Both the position numbers and the translations under genes were made by a program. Shown here piece by piece: positions 1-13,114 of a DNA stretch of 64,000 nucleotides (position 1 is the first letter of the stretch; every line of letters begins with the position of its first letter). This DNA comes from Anthoceros angustus (Eukaryota; Plantae; Anthocerotophyta). The notes under the pieces were generated by a model. That model did not search any database. It was not told where the DNA came from and saw only the letters and a program-made list of their open reading frames with translations. The DNA lies in NCBI GenBank assembly GCA_010909165.1, contig MU008168.1, positions 1,571,985 to 1,635,984 on the forward strand, given 5' to 3'.

Positions 1-723
1 AATACGCTTTTCATGAGGAGGCACATGTTGAAACCAATAGTTGGACTCCATCCGGTGATGGAAACCAACACGGAAGTGACCAATGAGTGTGCAGAGTTTG
101 AAAGAGAGCGGAGAACTAGAAGGAGGATTGACATGAAACTCCACCTTGTAAACACAAAGTCTGAGCTTGAGAGAAGGGGCAGATGAAATAGTGGGCGGAG
201 GGGCACATGAAATAGGGGGCAAGTGAGATGAAGACATCTCAATTTGAAATACTTGCAAATGAGAGAGGGGAATCTAGGAGTAAGGAGGTGGCCAAGTCAG
301 GGATCCAAAAGGTTCAAGCTCGAGCCTTTCAAGCTAATCAGTAGCTTGGGAGATCCAACAAAAAGAGGCCTTGGAGTCAGTATTAAGCCTAAGCGATTGG
401 GAAGACTTGTAGGCAAGGAGGTGGTAAGGGGGCGGGTTGAGGTTGGCAATATCAAGGAGGTGAAAACGGTATCGGAAAGAGGACAAGTGAAAAAAGCCTT
501 CAAGTTGAAGGAAATGCCGCAAATTGAGAAAAGAAGACGAATTTTTTTACATCATTTTTCTGATATAAACATAATTTATAAGAACATATACGTGCGGCGG
601 AAAAGGCTAGCCTGCCCCCGGCAGGCCAACCCGTGTCAAGGATGCGTGGCCTTGAGAGGCCGCAAGCTGGCATGCACCCCGCACAGATACTATCCCTTGA
701 CCTCCCGGAGTGGACTCGGAGTC

Positions 724-1210
724 TAAGGATAATGAGGGTACCAGTAAGAAGCCTTGCATGAGAAGCATGCAGCCCTGGATCTAGTTAGTAAGTTGTAAGT
801 AGTGGTGGTAAGACTTAGCTTAGGGCTTAAGGAAGAAAGTTTGCTTTAGGCAGTTACTTTTAGAAATGTTGTAAGCCTCCCTATATAAGGAGATGAGGCT
901 AGCTCTAGAGAAGCATCTTGTGATCGTAGCATGGGGAGCTACACTCTTGAGGATAGGACTTAAGTGCCTAGAGGCCTTGGGAGCCTAGAGTGTGAGCATG
1001 TCTAGAAGGATCGTAGCACTTGGGAGCTACACTCTTATGAGGATAGGACTTTGGTGCCTAGTTGCCTTGGGAGCCTAGAGTGTGAGCGTGCTAGAGGAGA
1101 GCTGTTGAGGAGGAAATTGAGGGGAGAGAGCTAAGCTCCTAGCTTAGGCAAAGATGGGGAGCTCTCTCTGATCTCTCATGCATTCTTGTTGACTCTTGCT
1201 GAAATAAACA
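724..1210 (+). mobile_element. probable solo-LTR-like repeat with internal ~87-bp tandem duplication
   Basis: TATA-like CCCTATATAAGG at ~879; duplicated GATCGTAGCA...CTAGAGTGTGAGC units at ~922-1006 and ~1009-1095; ends AATAAACA. No TSD seen. Confidence 0.4.
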
Positions 1211-1659
1211 GCAGCGGTAGACGTGCTGACTGCGAGTCGTCCCATGGAAAGACGGCGGGCTACTTGGAGGCCTAGTGCTGGTGTCCGGTGATGTTTTTGT
1301 CGCTAATCATGGATCGCCCCACCGAAAGGGTGTTAGCATCGATCCTTTTGCGTAAACAAAGAACTCGGTCGAGACGGCTTTTAGGGTTTTGTTGTAGGAT
1401 TTTGCAACCTGTAACAATGCTGGGATGAGGGTTGCTTTGTGCCCTATTTTTGCAAGACGGCTGTTGTGATGTTTTTTGAAATCGCCGATTTGAAAATAAT
1501 TGAATGAAAAAACTCGTACAGTAAGTGTTGAAAAAACAGCGAAGTTTATGGAAAGGGGCTTTGTACACGATCCTGAAGGGGGTTTGTAGACAAGCCCGCA
1601 TCCCAATCAACGCTATTAATATCCTTTATGTGGGTTCGCTGAGCATATGGAGCGCTTTT

Positions 1660-2056
1660 CTTTTTTGTGAGTTCATTGAGCACGCTAAACTCGCTTTGTG
1701 TGAGTTCACTGAGCACACTAAACTTGCTTATAGCCTGTGTGATAAGCTCAGTGAGCACACTAAACTCGCTTACAGTCTTTTTGATGAGTTCGCTCATAGC
1801 CTTTGTGATGAGTTCATTCAGCAACTATCTTCTCTCGTAGCCTTTGTGAGAGTGGATTGAGCACCCCACAGCCTTTGTGATAGTTTGCTTTGCTTATCGC
1901 CTCTGTGACGAGTACATTGAACACGCTAATCTCTCGCTTTTTGAGTTCGTTGAGCACCTTTTTGCCTTTGTGACGAGTACATTGAACACGCTAATCTCTC
2001 GCTTTTTGAGTTCGTTGAGCACCTTATTGCCTTTGTGACGAGCTCATTGAGCACGC
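1660..2056. repeat. degenerate tandem repeat (TTTGTGAGTTCATTGAGCAC core) with an exact ~56-bp duplication
   Basis: Core recurs about 10 times; GTGACGAGTACATTGAACACGCTAATCTCTCGCTTTTTGAGTTCGTTGAGCACCTT occurs at ~1905 and ~1970. Confidence 0.8.
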
Positions 2057-2226
2057 AATGGTATTGCTCAGCAAAAACTTGCAAGATGATATGTAAAGGT
2101 ATCAGGGCTTTATAGGCATTTTCCTTTTGATGTATGAGGCCTTCCTATGAAGGCTTTCATTACTGTCCCCACGTATCTAAACAGCGAGCGGATCTTGAAG
2201 CTGCCCATCAGGACCTCGACCATCGC

Positions 2227-3449
2227 CTACATGGTGCCCTCCATCAACGACCTGGCTACCTTCAATTCTACAACCAAGAGAATGCCCAGTGAACTCCAGT
2301 CAGAACGTCTAGTAACATTGTTCTCAGAGACAGCGCTGGTCAAAGGACATACCAGCATTGGAAGATGGCACATACCATGCATGAGCAACCGAAATTTCTC
2401 AATCGATACTTTGAGGTAAACAGGTTTTGTAACCTTGTGGTCTGTTACTTCCTGTTGTTCGAGAGGAGAGAGCTGCAGAAGAAGATTCCTGGAGTTGAGT
2501 GTGTGATGTTGCCTGGCACATTTGTAGGGGTGTGCCTGGCATATTTGTAGGGGTGTACCTGTTCGTGTAGAAGCAAACTTGAATAAAGGAAATTCTGGAC
2601 ATGCTCTGTTCCTCTCGTTCTAGACGTGTTCTGCAATTCCAGAGGACACAATGCGTATTGAGTGATACGTACATTGCAAAGTTCTCTGCAGAAATTTGGC
2701 CTGTAGTGGTTCTCTTCCTTCACCATATGTTTTGCAAAGCGCATCACTATGTTCTGCAACCAAATGACAAGACGAGTGGTTTAACACGATGATCCCTGCA
2801 CAAAGAGTCCAAGCACATAGCCACTCCCACCCCAGTTGTCTACGAACCTCGGGGTAAGCCCAGTTGCTGAAGCTCTCGTGACAGTGTAGCAGGATCTACA
2901 TCAAACTTGGCAGCACTGGTGATGACGAAATGCAAGGCTGCAATGCATGCCTTGACATCCGCCCCTCCTGCATTGAAACCTCTCTCTGGTCAGACTCTCA
3001 TACGGCACTTGCACTGTCCATCCAACGAGCAACAGCCAGATATCATACCGAGGTTCGAATCAACAGTGAGCTCTAGTAGCTTGTCGTACTGCAAGAGGAC
3101 AAGGACCTTGACGTCTCAGCAAAGCACTTGTAGCTATTCAGAGGACCAGATCACAACCCGAGCAACACAACAAAATTCCACGCACCTCAAATCCACCTTC
3201 CAGGATGTATCCAATGAGATGGCTCGCCAACAGCTTTATCTTGGCACCAGTCTGCACATCGCAAGAGGAAAGCACAAATCCTTTCCGCATCAAACTCATG
3301 CCAGTTGGCAGCATGTACCTGATGGGTAGACAACCAGAATGAAAAACCCTAAGGTCAAGAGTATGGTGCAATACAAGGGAGGAGAGCGCAGAGACATGCG
3401 GCAAGATCCAGTCTGGCGCATCCGAGCCCCCGCACAAGGAGAACTTCAT
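2227..3449 (-). CDS. COMMD4: COMM domain-containing protein 4 (multi-exon)
   Basis: Exons read [25 protein letters not shown] / [17 protein letters not shown] / [13 protein letters not shown] / [39 protein letters not shown] / [10 protein letters not shown] / [13 protein letters not shown], colinear with the COMMD4 sequence as I recall it; GT-AG introns. Confidence 0.88.
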
Positions 3450-3515
3450 GGCGCCTGGCCTTTCGGCACTTAAATCAACGAGCAGGGACTTCGAACACCA
3501 CTAGTGTTTGCCGGT

Positions 3516-4296
3516 ATGGACGAACCGTTTGCGGCCACATCTGTGACAACAGTTGATGACGATGTCTGGGAGCTGGCCTGTGACGAAGCCACAGTACATC
3601 GCCAGGAGAGTGCAGCGCTAGAACGAGAGTGGCAGATACGCCACGCTCAATTCCACAACGTATCCTGGATGGTCTTTTGCTGTTTCTCTGTCAACCTACG
3701 TCAGATCTGAGCCACTGCATCTCGGCATCCTTGATCTCATCCTTCTTCAGCTGGGATACAGGGATGGCTTAGAGGATGGAAAGAATTCCACTTTGCAAGC
3801 GGGTTTCGATATCGGATACAGAGAAGCTGCTGCTGCAGGTTACCGCTGGGGTGTTGCCAAGGGCGCAATCAGGTGAAGATAGAGACGAACCAAAAGTAAC
3901 CTGCTGCTTGTTCCTCTTTTGCTGCTCTCCCTGTTCCTCAATGGCTGCCCTTGCAGTGCGTACGCAGTTCTTCCAGAGGCAGCTCAGGCAGCCCTTGTGG
4001 TAGGCGAGGAGGCGCGAGCTCGGCTTCAGGCGTTGCATTCCCGCGTCAATTCCGTATCCTCTGTTGATGCCCTGCGATGTTACTACGAAGACACGGTGAT
4101 GCAGTCTGGCAGAGAGTGGCGAAACGAGCAGGGTGATGCCATGTTGGACGATCTCGCAGGTGCGCTGAGGGGCTTGAACATCTCGCAAGGATCCAATGGC
4201 ACTTCTTCAGAGCATCAGGGTAGACTGGAGGAGTTGGAGAGCCAGGTGCGGGTGGAGCTAGCGTACAGTTCTGTGGAGTTGAGCATTCTCAATTGA
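3516..4296 (+). CDS. YAE1: Yae1 N-terminal domain protein; exons 3516-3659, 3751-3872, 3957-4296
   Basis: Spliced frame stays open; exon 2 LGYRDGLEDGKNSTLQAGFDIGYREAAAAGYRWG is the deca-GX3 Yae1_N motif. Confidence 0.8.
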
Positions 4297-4727
4297 AGAA
4301 GTTCATGCTTCAAATCCTTCAAAAACAAAATTGCATACAGTATGTTCGAACATCTAAGCTAGCATCGAATTCTATGCACAAGGCCTGAGAGAAAATTGCA
4401 TTAAGTGCTATCACCCACTGCGCGTCATCCACACTGCAAGCACGTAAAGCTCAGAGCCGTCTGAACAAAAGGAGGTACCCATTTGCATGGAACATGGCAG
4501 ATATTAAGATGCTACCTGAGCTCACCCCTCTTCCTGCTGCAGCCGTGCCGGCTGTTCAACACGTATACAACGGTCCATCGAGAGAGATATCAAAAGCAGT
4601 TCCTGCTCTTGTTTGTTCTTGCCAAGGGAAAATTTGATGAGTGCTCCTCAATTATCCCTCTCCTTGGAGACAACCTGCGTGCATGATGCAGAGATTGTCA
4701 AAAAGAAGCGTACGTTCCTCGTGCTCT

Positions 4728-5429
4728 TCACGAGGCAAATTTCCCCTTCGCCTCAGCTATCACTTTCTCAGTGAGCGACCTAGCGAGAGCACTCCTCCAC
4801 TGAGAGCGCTTCCCCCGCGAGATCGCTCTCCACCCGAGATGCGGTTCTGCTTTCACAGCAGTGAGCATGAAGTGAAGGTGGTCATCCTCCTGTACTACCA
4901 GCACAAGATAAGCGTAAGTGCCCAGGCTCCCTGTAGAATCAAACTCCCCGCTGGACAAGCCAACCAAGGCCTCGCGGCAGGGATAGTCTCGCACCATGCT
5001 CACCACCGAATCTGCTCGCTCTGTCCCGAGCACAACCCTGACTCCGGCCAGATTCTTCTCCACGTACTCTACCAGCTTGCCGTGCTCACTCGCCGGCACC
5101 ACAGTCTCGGCAATTGCCACCGTCTTCAGCTCCACATCCGACAACCGGTTCATGTCCTCCAAAACTTGCCGCTCTTCCTCGCTCAGCGGGTCCGAGCTCA
5201 GCCTCTCCACAATTTCCTTCAGAGGTGAACCTTTCTGTTGTGATGGAGTGTTCAGAGCAGCAAGTTGTGATTGATCTTTCCACACGGTCGCCAGAGGCAA
5301 CCCCTTGTGTAACAGCTGGAGTGTAAGGTAAAGGATGCACAACACCACGATACACACATCCTGCACCACCTGCTTCTTCACGCATACCGCAGCCGCGGAT
5401 CTCCCCCGAGAGCACGCCATCGTACTCAT
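4728..5429 (-). CDS. intronless hypothetical protein (~233 aa) with N-terminal hydrophobic segment
   Basis: Long ORF with protein-like composition; [16 protein letters not shown] near the N-terminus; no family recognised. Confidence 0.55.
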   Translation of the reverse strand: MSTMACSRGRSAAAVCVKKQVVQDVCIVVLCILYLTLQLLHKGLPLATVWKDQSQLAALNTPSQQKGSPLKEIVERLSSDPLSEEERQVLEDMNRLSDVELKTVAIAETVVPASEHGKLVEYVEKNLAGVRVVLGTERADSVVSMVRDYPCREALVGLSSGEFDSTGSLGTYAYLVLVVQEDDHLHFMLTAVKAEPHLGWRAISRGKRSQWRSALARSLTEKVIAEAKGKFAS

Positions 5430-5915
5430 CTTGGCGCCCCAATTCACAGCTCCTCCAAGACGCGATTCTCAGCTGTCTCAACTGCTGCAGCCTGCGCTCA
5501 ACGCTCTAAAAGCCTCTACAGGGACCCGCAACTCGCGACACTCTCAAATCGTAACACAACAACCTGGTGTGAACGCATCCAGATTTATGGAGAGTTATCT
5601 GCATCGTACGATGTTCAGCCGTGTCAGAGCCCTAGATATCCCAACTTCCCAAAACAATGTCGTTATGTTATGCCGCATGTATCCATCCGATCCGATCTCA
5701 GTGCCTATTTCCATCCTATTCCGTCGTTTTTCTTCTTCCTGTATATACCGAGGTATGTATTATGTATGTATGTGCTTTTTGTGTACATCTGTGTACTGGG
5801 TGAAGCTGAAACAAGTGTCAAGGCAAGCTTGAGGATTTCAGGAGACGAGGTCACACAAGGCTCCCCGTGCAAGGCGATTGGAGGTGCATCGTGCTTGCTC
5901 CCGCAGTGTGTGATC

Positions 5916-8900
5916 ATGGCAGCTGCGGCTTCGTCTGCGAGGAGAAGCTCTCTTCTTGCTGGCTGTGATGGAAGACGAAAGATGGGTCAGATGAAGCTCC
6001 TATTGTCCTCCGCCCTGCTGCAGTCACGCAGCTGGGGAGATGCATCTTCTGCTCCTGAGAGAGCTGCTTCTCCCGAGCATGCCCTGGATTCTCGAATTCG
6101 GAGGTCCTCGCAGGCAAGCTGCTCTGCCAGAGCAGGCTCGGGGCCTGGTGGGCGATTCAGAGCAATGTGCACGCAATCTGGTGCGGAGGCCAGAGAGTCC
6201 ATGGAGTATGATGTTGTTATAGTGGGAGCCGGACCTGCGGGCTTGTCTGCAGCGATCCGCCTCAAGCAGCTGGCGCAGGCGACGAACAAGGATATCAGCG
6301 TCTGCGTTGTGGAGAAAGGAGCTGAAGTTGGTAAGCCAGGATTGTCCGTGCACGTGGTTTGAGTGGCAGGCTGGAATGGTTCAGCTGGTGTTGTAGTGTA
6401 GGGTTGTGCAGTCAAGAACCTTCCATTCCGATTGCTGTTTTTCTGCTAGGTTCCCATATTTTGTCTGGGAATGTCTTCGAACCGAGGTCGCTTCAGGAGC
6501 TTATCCCTGACTGGAAGGAGCAAGGTGTAAGTGATACATTTTGTTGCTTGAAGCATCATGTTTGTGTGTTTATCCCCGGATTGAAGGGGTGCAGTGTGAT
6601 TATCGACTCGTTGCCATTGGCTTCGTTTGCTTGTTTGGTTACAGGCTCCAGTGCAAGTGCCGGTTAGTGATGATAAGTTCTGGTTTCTGACTGAGAAGCG
6701 GGCAATTCCTCTCCCATCTCCCTTTAACAATTCTGGAAATTATGTCATCAGGTTCACATCCACACTTTCTGTCATTAGATAAGGTGCATGTTCCAATTTA
6801 CTAATGGGTAGTGGTGTGGACTTCTGCTTAGTTTGAGCGAGCTAGTCCGGTGGTTGGGAGGTAAAGCAGAAGAATTGGGGGTTGAAATCTACCCTGGGTT
6901 TGCTGCAAGTGAGGTGAGGTCCAAGCTCTCTCATCGTGCACTGTGGGGATGTCCTGGATCAAAGTATGGACCTAGAAAGAGAATTGGTAGATGCTATCTT
7001 GTTGAGTGGATTGCAAGTCTCACAATATGCCATTCCAGCTTGGAGATTACAGTGCCTTGTCTTATGTCAGCTTTTCTCAGATTCTCTATGAAGATAATGG
7101 TGACCGGGTTGTTGGGATTGCTACAAACGATATGGGAATTTCCAAAGATGGCTCAAAAAAGTCTAACTTCGCACGAGGCTTGGAGCTGAGAGGTATGATT
7201 CTGAATGCTTTCCATGGAATGCGCACTTGGGAGCAACTGCATCCAATGGTGGGGGGAGTAACAAGCGGGTGTGTCGGTGTCCATAGGAAGGCTTACTCTC
7301 TTGGGGGAGGGTTGCAGAGGTTCTCTGTCTGAAGTAAGTTTCCTGCAGAACTGCCTTTTGCAATGGAAGTGAGCACTGTCGTTACTTTCCAGTATTCTTA
7401 TCTTGTGGTGCTGTCCCCTTATTCCAGACTGTGATTAGCAAGTTTGAGCTCAGAAAGCTTTCAGGTGCTCAACATCAAACATATGCTCTTGGTATCAAAG
7501 AGGTGCGTATGTAGGATGCATTTTTGGAGCTTTTGTCGGCATTGGATTTCACTTCTTTCATGACTGGATACATGGACTTCTTGTGTCTGAGTGGGATACA
7601 TTTTAGGTCTGGGAGATTGATGAAGAAAAGCATAAGCCGGGTTTTGTTCTCCATACGCTAGGTTGGCCTTTGGACAGGAGAACATACGGTGGTTCCTTCA
7701 TTTATCACATGAACAACAGGCAGGTGAGAATTTCCATCCTATGCATTATAACAGGGTTAATAATACAACTTGGCGAGCAGTAAGGATAAATACTTTCGTT
7801 TCTATGAACAGATAGCAATCGGACTCGTAGTGGCCCTGGATTACAAAAACCCCTATCTGATCCCGTATGAAGAGTATCAGGCAAGTCCCTCTCTTCCAGC
7901 AATCGAAATCCATTGCTGTCTATAACGAGGATCCATGTTCAGATTCTTTTGCACTTCTGTGCCTTCAGAGGTTCAAGCATCACCCTTCCGTCAAACCAAT
8001 GCTTGATGGTGGCAAAGTTATTCAGTATGGAGCACGCAGTCTAAATGAAGGTGGATTTCAGGTGCGAGTTGCTTTATGATGTTGTTGTAAATGCCTGTCT
8101 CTCGTCTCCCAGTGTGTGTCTATGTTGGGGGTCTCTTCCTTAATTTGTTCGCCTTGTGTGCTGTCAGTCTATACCAAAGACATCTTTTCCCGGAGGAGCC
8201 TTACTGGGTTGCTCAGCTGGATTCTTGAACGTTCCAAAGATCAAGGGAACTCATACAGCCATGAAGTCAGGTATAATTATCAAGATCATTCAAGGCCTGC
8301 GGGATATCCTAGGTCATGCGTGTTATTTATTACCGACGAGGAATGATAAGGTTGCTTTGCTACAGGAATGTTAGCTGCTGAAGCAGCTTTTACTGCACTT
8401 ATTAGGGACTCTCAGGAACTGCCATCCATGGAAGAATACTGGACCCTACTGAAAAAATCATGGCTATGGCAAGAACTGTATGCAGCGAGGAATCTGCGTC
8501 CGGTAGAGCACGTTACACATTGTAGTTGATAGTTCTTGCAGAAAGCTTCTTGTTGATTGAGAATAACAATCAGACCGTGGTCTGCTGTGTCCTGGAGCAG
8601 GCATTCCACCACGGTCTGTTCCCCGGATTGGTAGTGTCTGCAGTTGAGCAGTAAGCTGATTCGCATTATGCTGTCACCCGCCAATTTCAGAGTGTCACGT
8701 CTGTTTGACTGAGAACCCACACACCTTGCAGCTACATTACCAGAGGAAAACTTGCTGTAACTCTCCAACATGGAAGCCCAGACAACTTGGCCACAGAGGT
8801 GAGCACAGCCGGAGTATTGGTTAGAAATTGCATGCTCCATACGGTTTCATGTCCATCCAACTGAGTATCCTGAGGTTATTAACCAGCTTCATGCTTTTGT

Positions 8901-9580
8901 GCAGCAAGCTGAAAAGCATAAGCCCATCGAGTACCCCAAACCTGACGGTGTGATCTCATTTGACCTGCTCACATCGTTGCACAGGTTGGTGCCATATTCA
9001 CCAGAGCACCATGAAACTGTGGAGCTTCTGCAGATAGATGCTGTCAAAGAAATAAGTTTTGCTGCCTCACTGTCTCCCATGCCAGGAGTAACACCAACCA
9101 CAACCATGATCAGCCTGCACATCTTCGGCTCCGAGATCCAAAAATACCAGAGACTCTTAATCTGCCAGTATTTGCAGGGCCAGAGTCTCGGTACTGTCCT
9201 GCAAGAGTCTATGAGTAAGTCTTCCTGCCCTTCTTGTCGTGCCTTTAGCCATCCAAGGTCTCTTATATGCCACAGTTTACTGCAGATACGTTGCAACAGA
9301 TCGTGATGAATTAAAGCTGCACATCAACGCGCAAAATTGTCTGCACTGTAAGGTCTGTTACAGGATTTCAGGCCTGAATACACGTGAACGAATTTGTTTT
9401 GGATTTGCCTCGTTTTCTATGTCGTGCACGATGAGGATAGTCTTTTGTTACGAGTGACTTGGACGTTTTGCTAACATTGGAGAATCCAATGAGCAGGCCT
9501 GTGATATCAAGGACCCCACACAAAACATCATGTGGACTGTTCCTGAAGGCGGAGGCGGTCCCGGGTATTCCGTCATGTGA
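5916..9580 (+). CDS. ETFQO: mitochondrial electron transfer flavoprotein-ubiquinone oxidoreductase (many small exons)
   Basis: [107 protein letters not shown]; transit-like N-terminus; one GC-AG intron donor at 7881. Confidence 0.97.
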
Positions 9581-9721
9581 AATAAGATGTAAGCGTTGTT
9601 GTATGTAAGTATTGAAATTTTAGTCACCATCATCTATGGATGGGCAAAGGATTGCCTCGTTCTCTTCTGGTAGAAAAAAAATTGCGGCTCTTTGACAGCA
9701 TGTGACATAGTTGCATGTTCG

Positions 9722-12081
9722 TTATCTCTTCATAAAAGATGTATGAAGTCTGACCCACTCAAACCCGTTTGGAGTTGCAGTCTGCAAGAGTGTGTAAGCC
9801 AATTAGTAACTGTAATACCGCGTCTGGTGGGTTTGTGAACCCGTTGAACATAATGTGTGTACACTTACCTTCGCTATTAGAAGCGCAGTTGCAAACAATC
9901 CCTCACGAGCTCCACCTGAAAAAAAAGTGAAAATTTCTATTAGGCTCCTTAACGATTTTCAAGTCAAGGAGCCTAATTTCCAGTCTTACAGTTTCTTCTT
10001 ATGCCTGGTTAGCTCTCACCACTGGTTGCTTCCAACAACAAACGCCAGGTGACAAGAAAAACGCCATCGCTCAGTGACTGATGGTGTATGCAGTCCACCC
10101 ATGTCACAAGCTCCTTCATGGCTCCGTGTTTGAGTCGAGCAGAGCTGATCGATTCTAGGAAAGTGTGCTCGGATCCCCAGGGACTCACCCAATTCGCGCC
10201 CTGTGACTGCGATAAGATACAGTCTTTCAGGTCAGATGTCAGAGCCCATTCAAGTAATCAAATGCACAAGAGACGAGACGTGAAGGAATTTTGCGTTCTC
10301 CAACGTACAGTCACTTTGATAAGCCGCTGCAACGTGGAGTCTGCAGTGTCCAATTCTCCACGAAGCCACCTCTCGACAAAAATGGTCACCTCCACTACTT
10401 CCCTCTGCACCGCTCCACCGGAGGCAGTAGGAAGCAGTGGATTGAAGCCAACGGCTCCCAGCCTCTCTCGGGGCGATACATGGGCACCTAGATTGAAATG
10501 ACCCAGTGCCTCCATGATACCACCAGCACACCTCTTGGTAGCATGGTGTACCGATGCCTTGGATCCATGAGTTTTGTACCAGTGGACAAGCTCCTCCATC
10601 GCATTACCAACCTGAGAGAAGGCAACCATCAGCATTCATAAGCTTGCCATCTCAGCTTGACATGGAATTTGCGTTGCATTGCACAAGACATGGTGTTGTT
10701 TTGCTCATGATATATGGAGAGGTGGTTGGCTGGCAACTCACAATGACACCATTGACTCCTTGGACCGTGAAAAGCTCTATGTCATTGCCCGAGTCTCCAC
10801 AGACTAGTGTCTTACTTGTTGCCCATTCTTCCCTTCTCTGCTTCTTCAGAAGATACGAAAGAGCCTCCCCCTTCCCGGCTCCTTGTGGAAGCACATCTAG
10901 GTCGATCCCTCCACTGTAGATGAGTTTCACTTTCAACTGGATGCAGCAGCACTGACATCAGTAAATTGTTGCAGGAACCATAGGGATCACCTGGTTGACA
11001 AGCCAATTTCTCTCCACAGTAATTTCTGCTAAACAAGGTGCCACATTACAATTCCAGCTCCACTTGCCAAGCAACAAAGTGCCGTACCGTACCCCTCTGT
11101 TCTGCAGAGCTCCCTCTAGTTTGCTTTTGATCCCTTCCGCATCTTTCTTCTCGACTTTGAAGCTCACTTTGTGGGGCCTTTGCTCAGAATCCTCCTGCTC
11201 CACAAAGAAGCAACCAACCCTTGTAGAAAGCTGACAATTTTAGACAAGACGAGATACGACTCCATGAACCCTACAGCACACAAGATGTATGCACGACTGG
11301 GGGACCTGAAATTGGAGATTGGGAAACTTCTTGGCTTCCTCCACAACCACAGCCCGATCCCACCCATCATTCAGATACTTCTCCCAGCCGTGATCGGGTA
11401 CTAGAGAGGGGCCATATCGAATTTCAGTACCCACAGAAAGGATGGCGATGGCTGGAGTTAAGAGCGGAACTTGCCCTCTGAGCTCCGTATATTTCTGAGG
11501 AGAGCGGCCTGTGGAGTAAACCAAGAGGGAATTGTGGGCATATTCTGCTGCCCACAGAGCGTTGAATTGCAACAACGCTGAGTGAGATGGTTCCTTATGA
11601 TCAACCTGTCAAAAACCACCCCTGCTTCACATCCACAACACCGACACCAGAAGCCAAAGCGAAAACAGGCAGCGCAACACTACAATCGATTAGTAGCAGC
11701 ATGTGACGATCTGGCCCCCACCATGGTCAAGTCGAGATCAGAGACAATCATGAGGTGGTCATGTGGACGGCCTCCCCCCCCAACAGCTGCCACAGGAGCA
11801 GCTTGGCAGGTCACAATTCGGCGTGTCACACACCCACATTGCCATCGTCTCAGATGTGAGGAGCCCATATGCATGCCCACATTAGATTGGCTACATGCTA
11901 CTGCTCCTGCCCATCGATCCCCTGCTACCCCCAGTTCTGCTCTGCCCGTTGAGACTGTGAGGATATGGGTCGCCTGAGAATTTGACAGACTTGAGAGACG
12001 CAGCATTGGTGAAGCATTGCAGTCATGGGTCACCACAGAAATGTGGCAACTGGACCGTGGCAGCACAGCCAGGGAGCGCAT
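9722..12081 (-). CDS. SPP: sucrose-phosphatase (HAD family, S6PP + S6PP_C) with ~110-aa N-terminal extension
   Basis: [77 protein letters not shown]-terminal [10 protein letters not shown]; start codon inferred. Confidence 0.93.
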
Positions 12082-12743
12082 GGCTGCTACCAAGGCAGCA
12101 ATGCACCTCCACGGCCGTCCGATTTGTGCCCCTCAAAGATGTCATGGCCGGACACATGGCGCATCTTCACAGATACCATGCGCAACATTCCGCCCGTAAT
12201 TTACCCACCCAGCTTGTTTCACACCTGTATTAATGTTGCCCTATTTCTATGGTGCCCAGAAGGGGTGGAAAGAACGCCCTTTCCAAACTTTGCGCTCCGC
12301 CCCATCGTTCCAAGGCCATTTGGTCGCCACAATGGTTTGAATTGCGATGAAGCATTTGCACATGCAGATGGACCTAATCTTAATAGCGACATGCAATTGG
12401 TTTGCATACCAAGAAGGCACATGGAATTACAAAGGGCAGGCGCGATATGTATGTAGGGTGTGATGCTTTACACCTATTTGGGACCGGGAGTTGCAGGCCC
12501 TGAAGTAACAAACACAAACAGGCCCATCTCATCACGTTTAGTTATGCATTCTTATTCCTGGTCAGATCGGGCCCAGTGCAAAACTTGGTCGAGCTTTTCT
12601 AGAGCGTCCCCGTATTCACCATTCACCCTTGCTGGCGTGTGCGAGTGCATCCAGCCAGTGCCTAAGCCTGCGGGTACGAAACAGGGCTTCTTGTTCCCGG
12701 AACATCCTAATTAAACAACTGCATTCTTACATTGATATCATCC

Positions 12744-12835
12744 AACACAACACCATTTGAACTCTGACAAGCGTAACACAAGGCTATTTGAACTCCAACA
12801 AGTGTAACACAACGCCATTTGAACTCTGACAAGTG
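12744..12835. repeat. 3 x 30-bp tandem repeat
   Basis: AACACAA..C.ATTTGAACTC..ACAAG.GT three times in direct tandem. Confidence 0.75.
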
Positions 12836-13114
12836 TTTGTGGAACGGAGACTCAACGACATGCTTGTTTGTAAAATTGTCCACCGGTCATACATATGGCA
12901 TACCAAAGCGGACTGTCCACCAGTCATACTTATGGGATACCAAACGGACAGAGAGGAAGGAGCATATTTTTTCACATCAAACTCATACAATATGTTAGAA
13001 TACTTAGACATCTATATGAATATACTAGCGAATCTAGTACGCACATGCTACCTCACTACACTTGCTCACATGTATGCTTTGGCGCCCTGGCCGCTCTCGT
13101 TTCTTTCAAACCTC

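Noticed and set aside
1-726. ORF 244-726 and nearby hairpins (GCCTGCC-CCC-GGCAGGC)
   Set aside because: No recognisable motif; probably TE debris, but I cannot assign it.
1660-2056. CRISPR-like appearance of the repeats here and at 12744 and 15097
   Set aside because: Eukaryotic context, degenerate units, no unique spacers, no cas genes.
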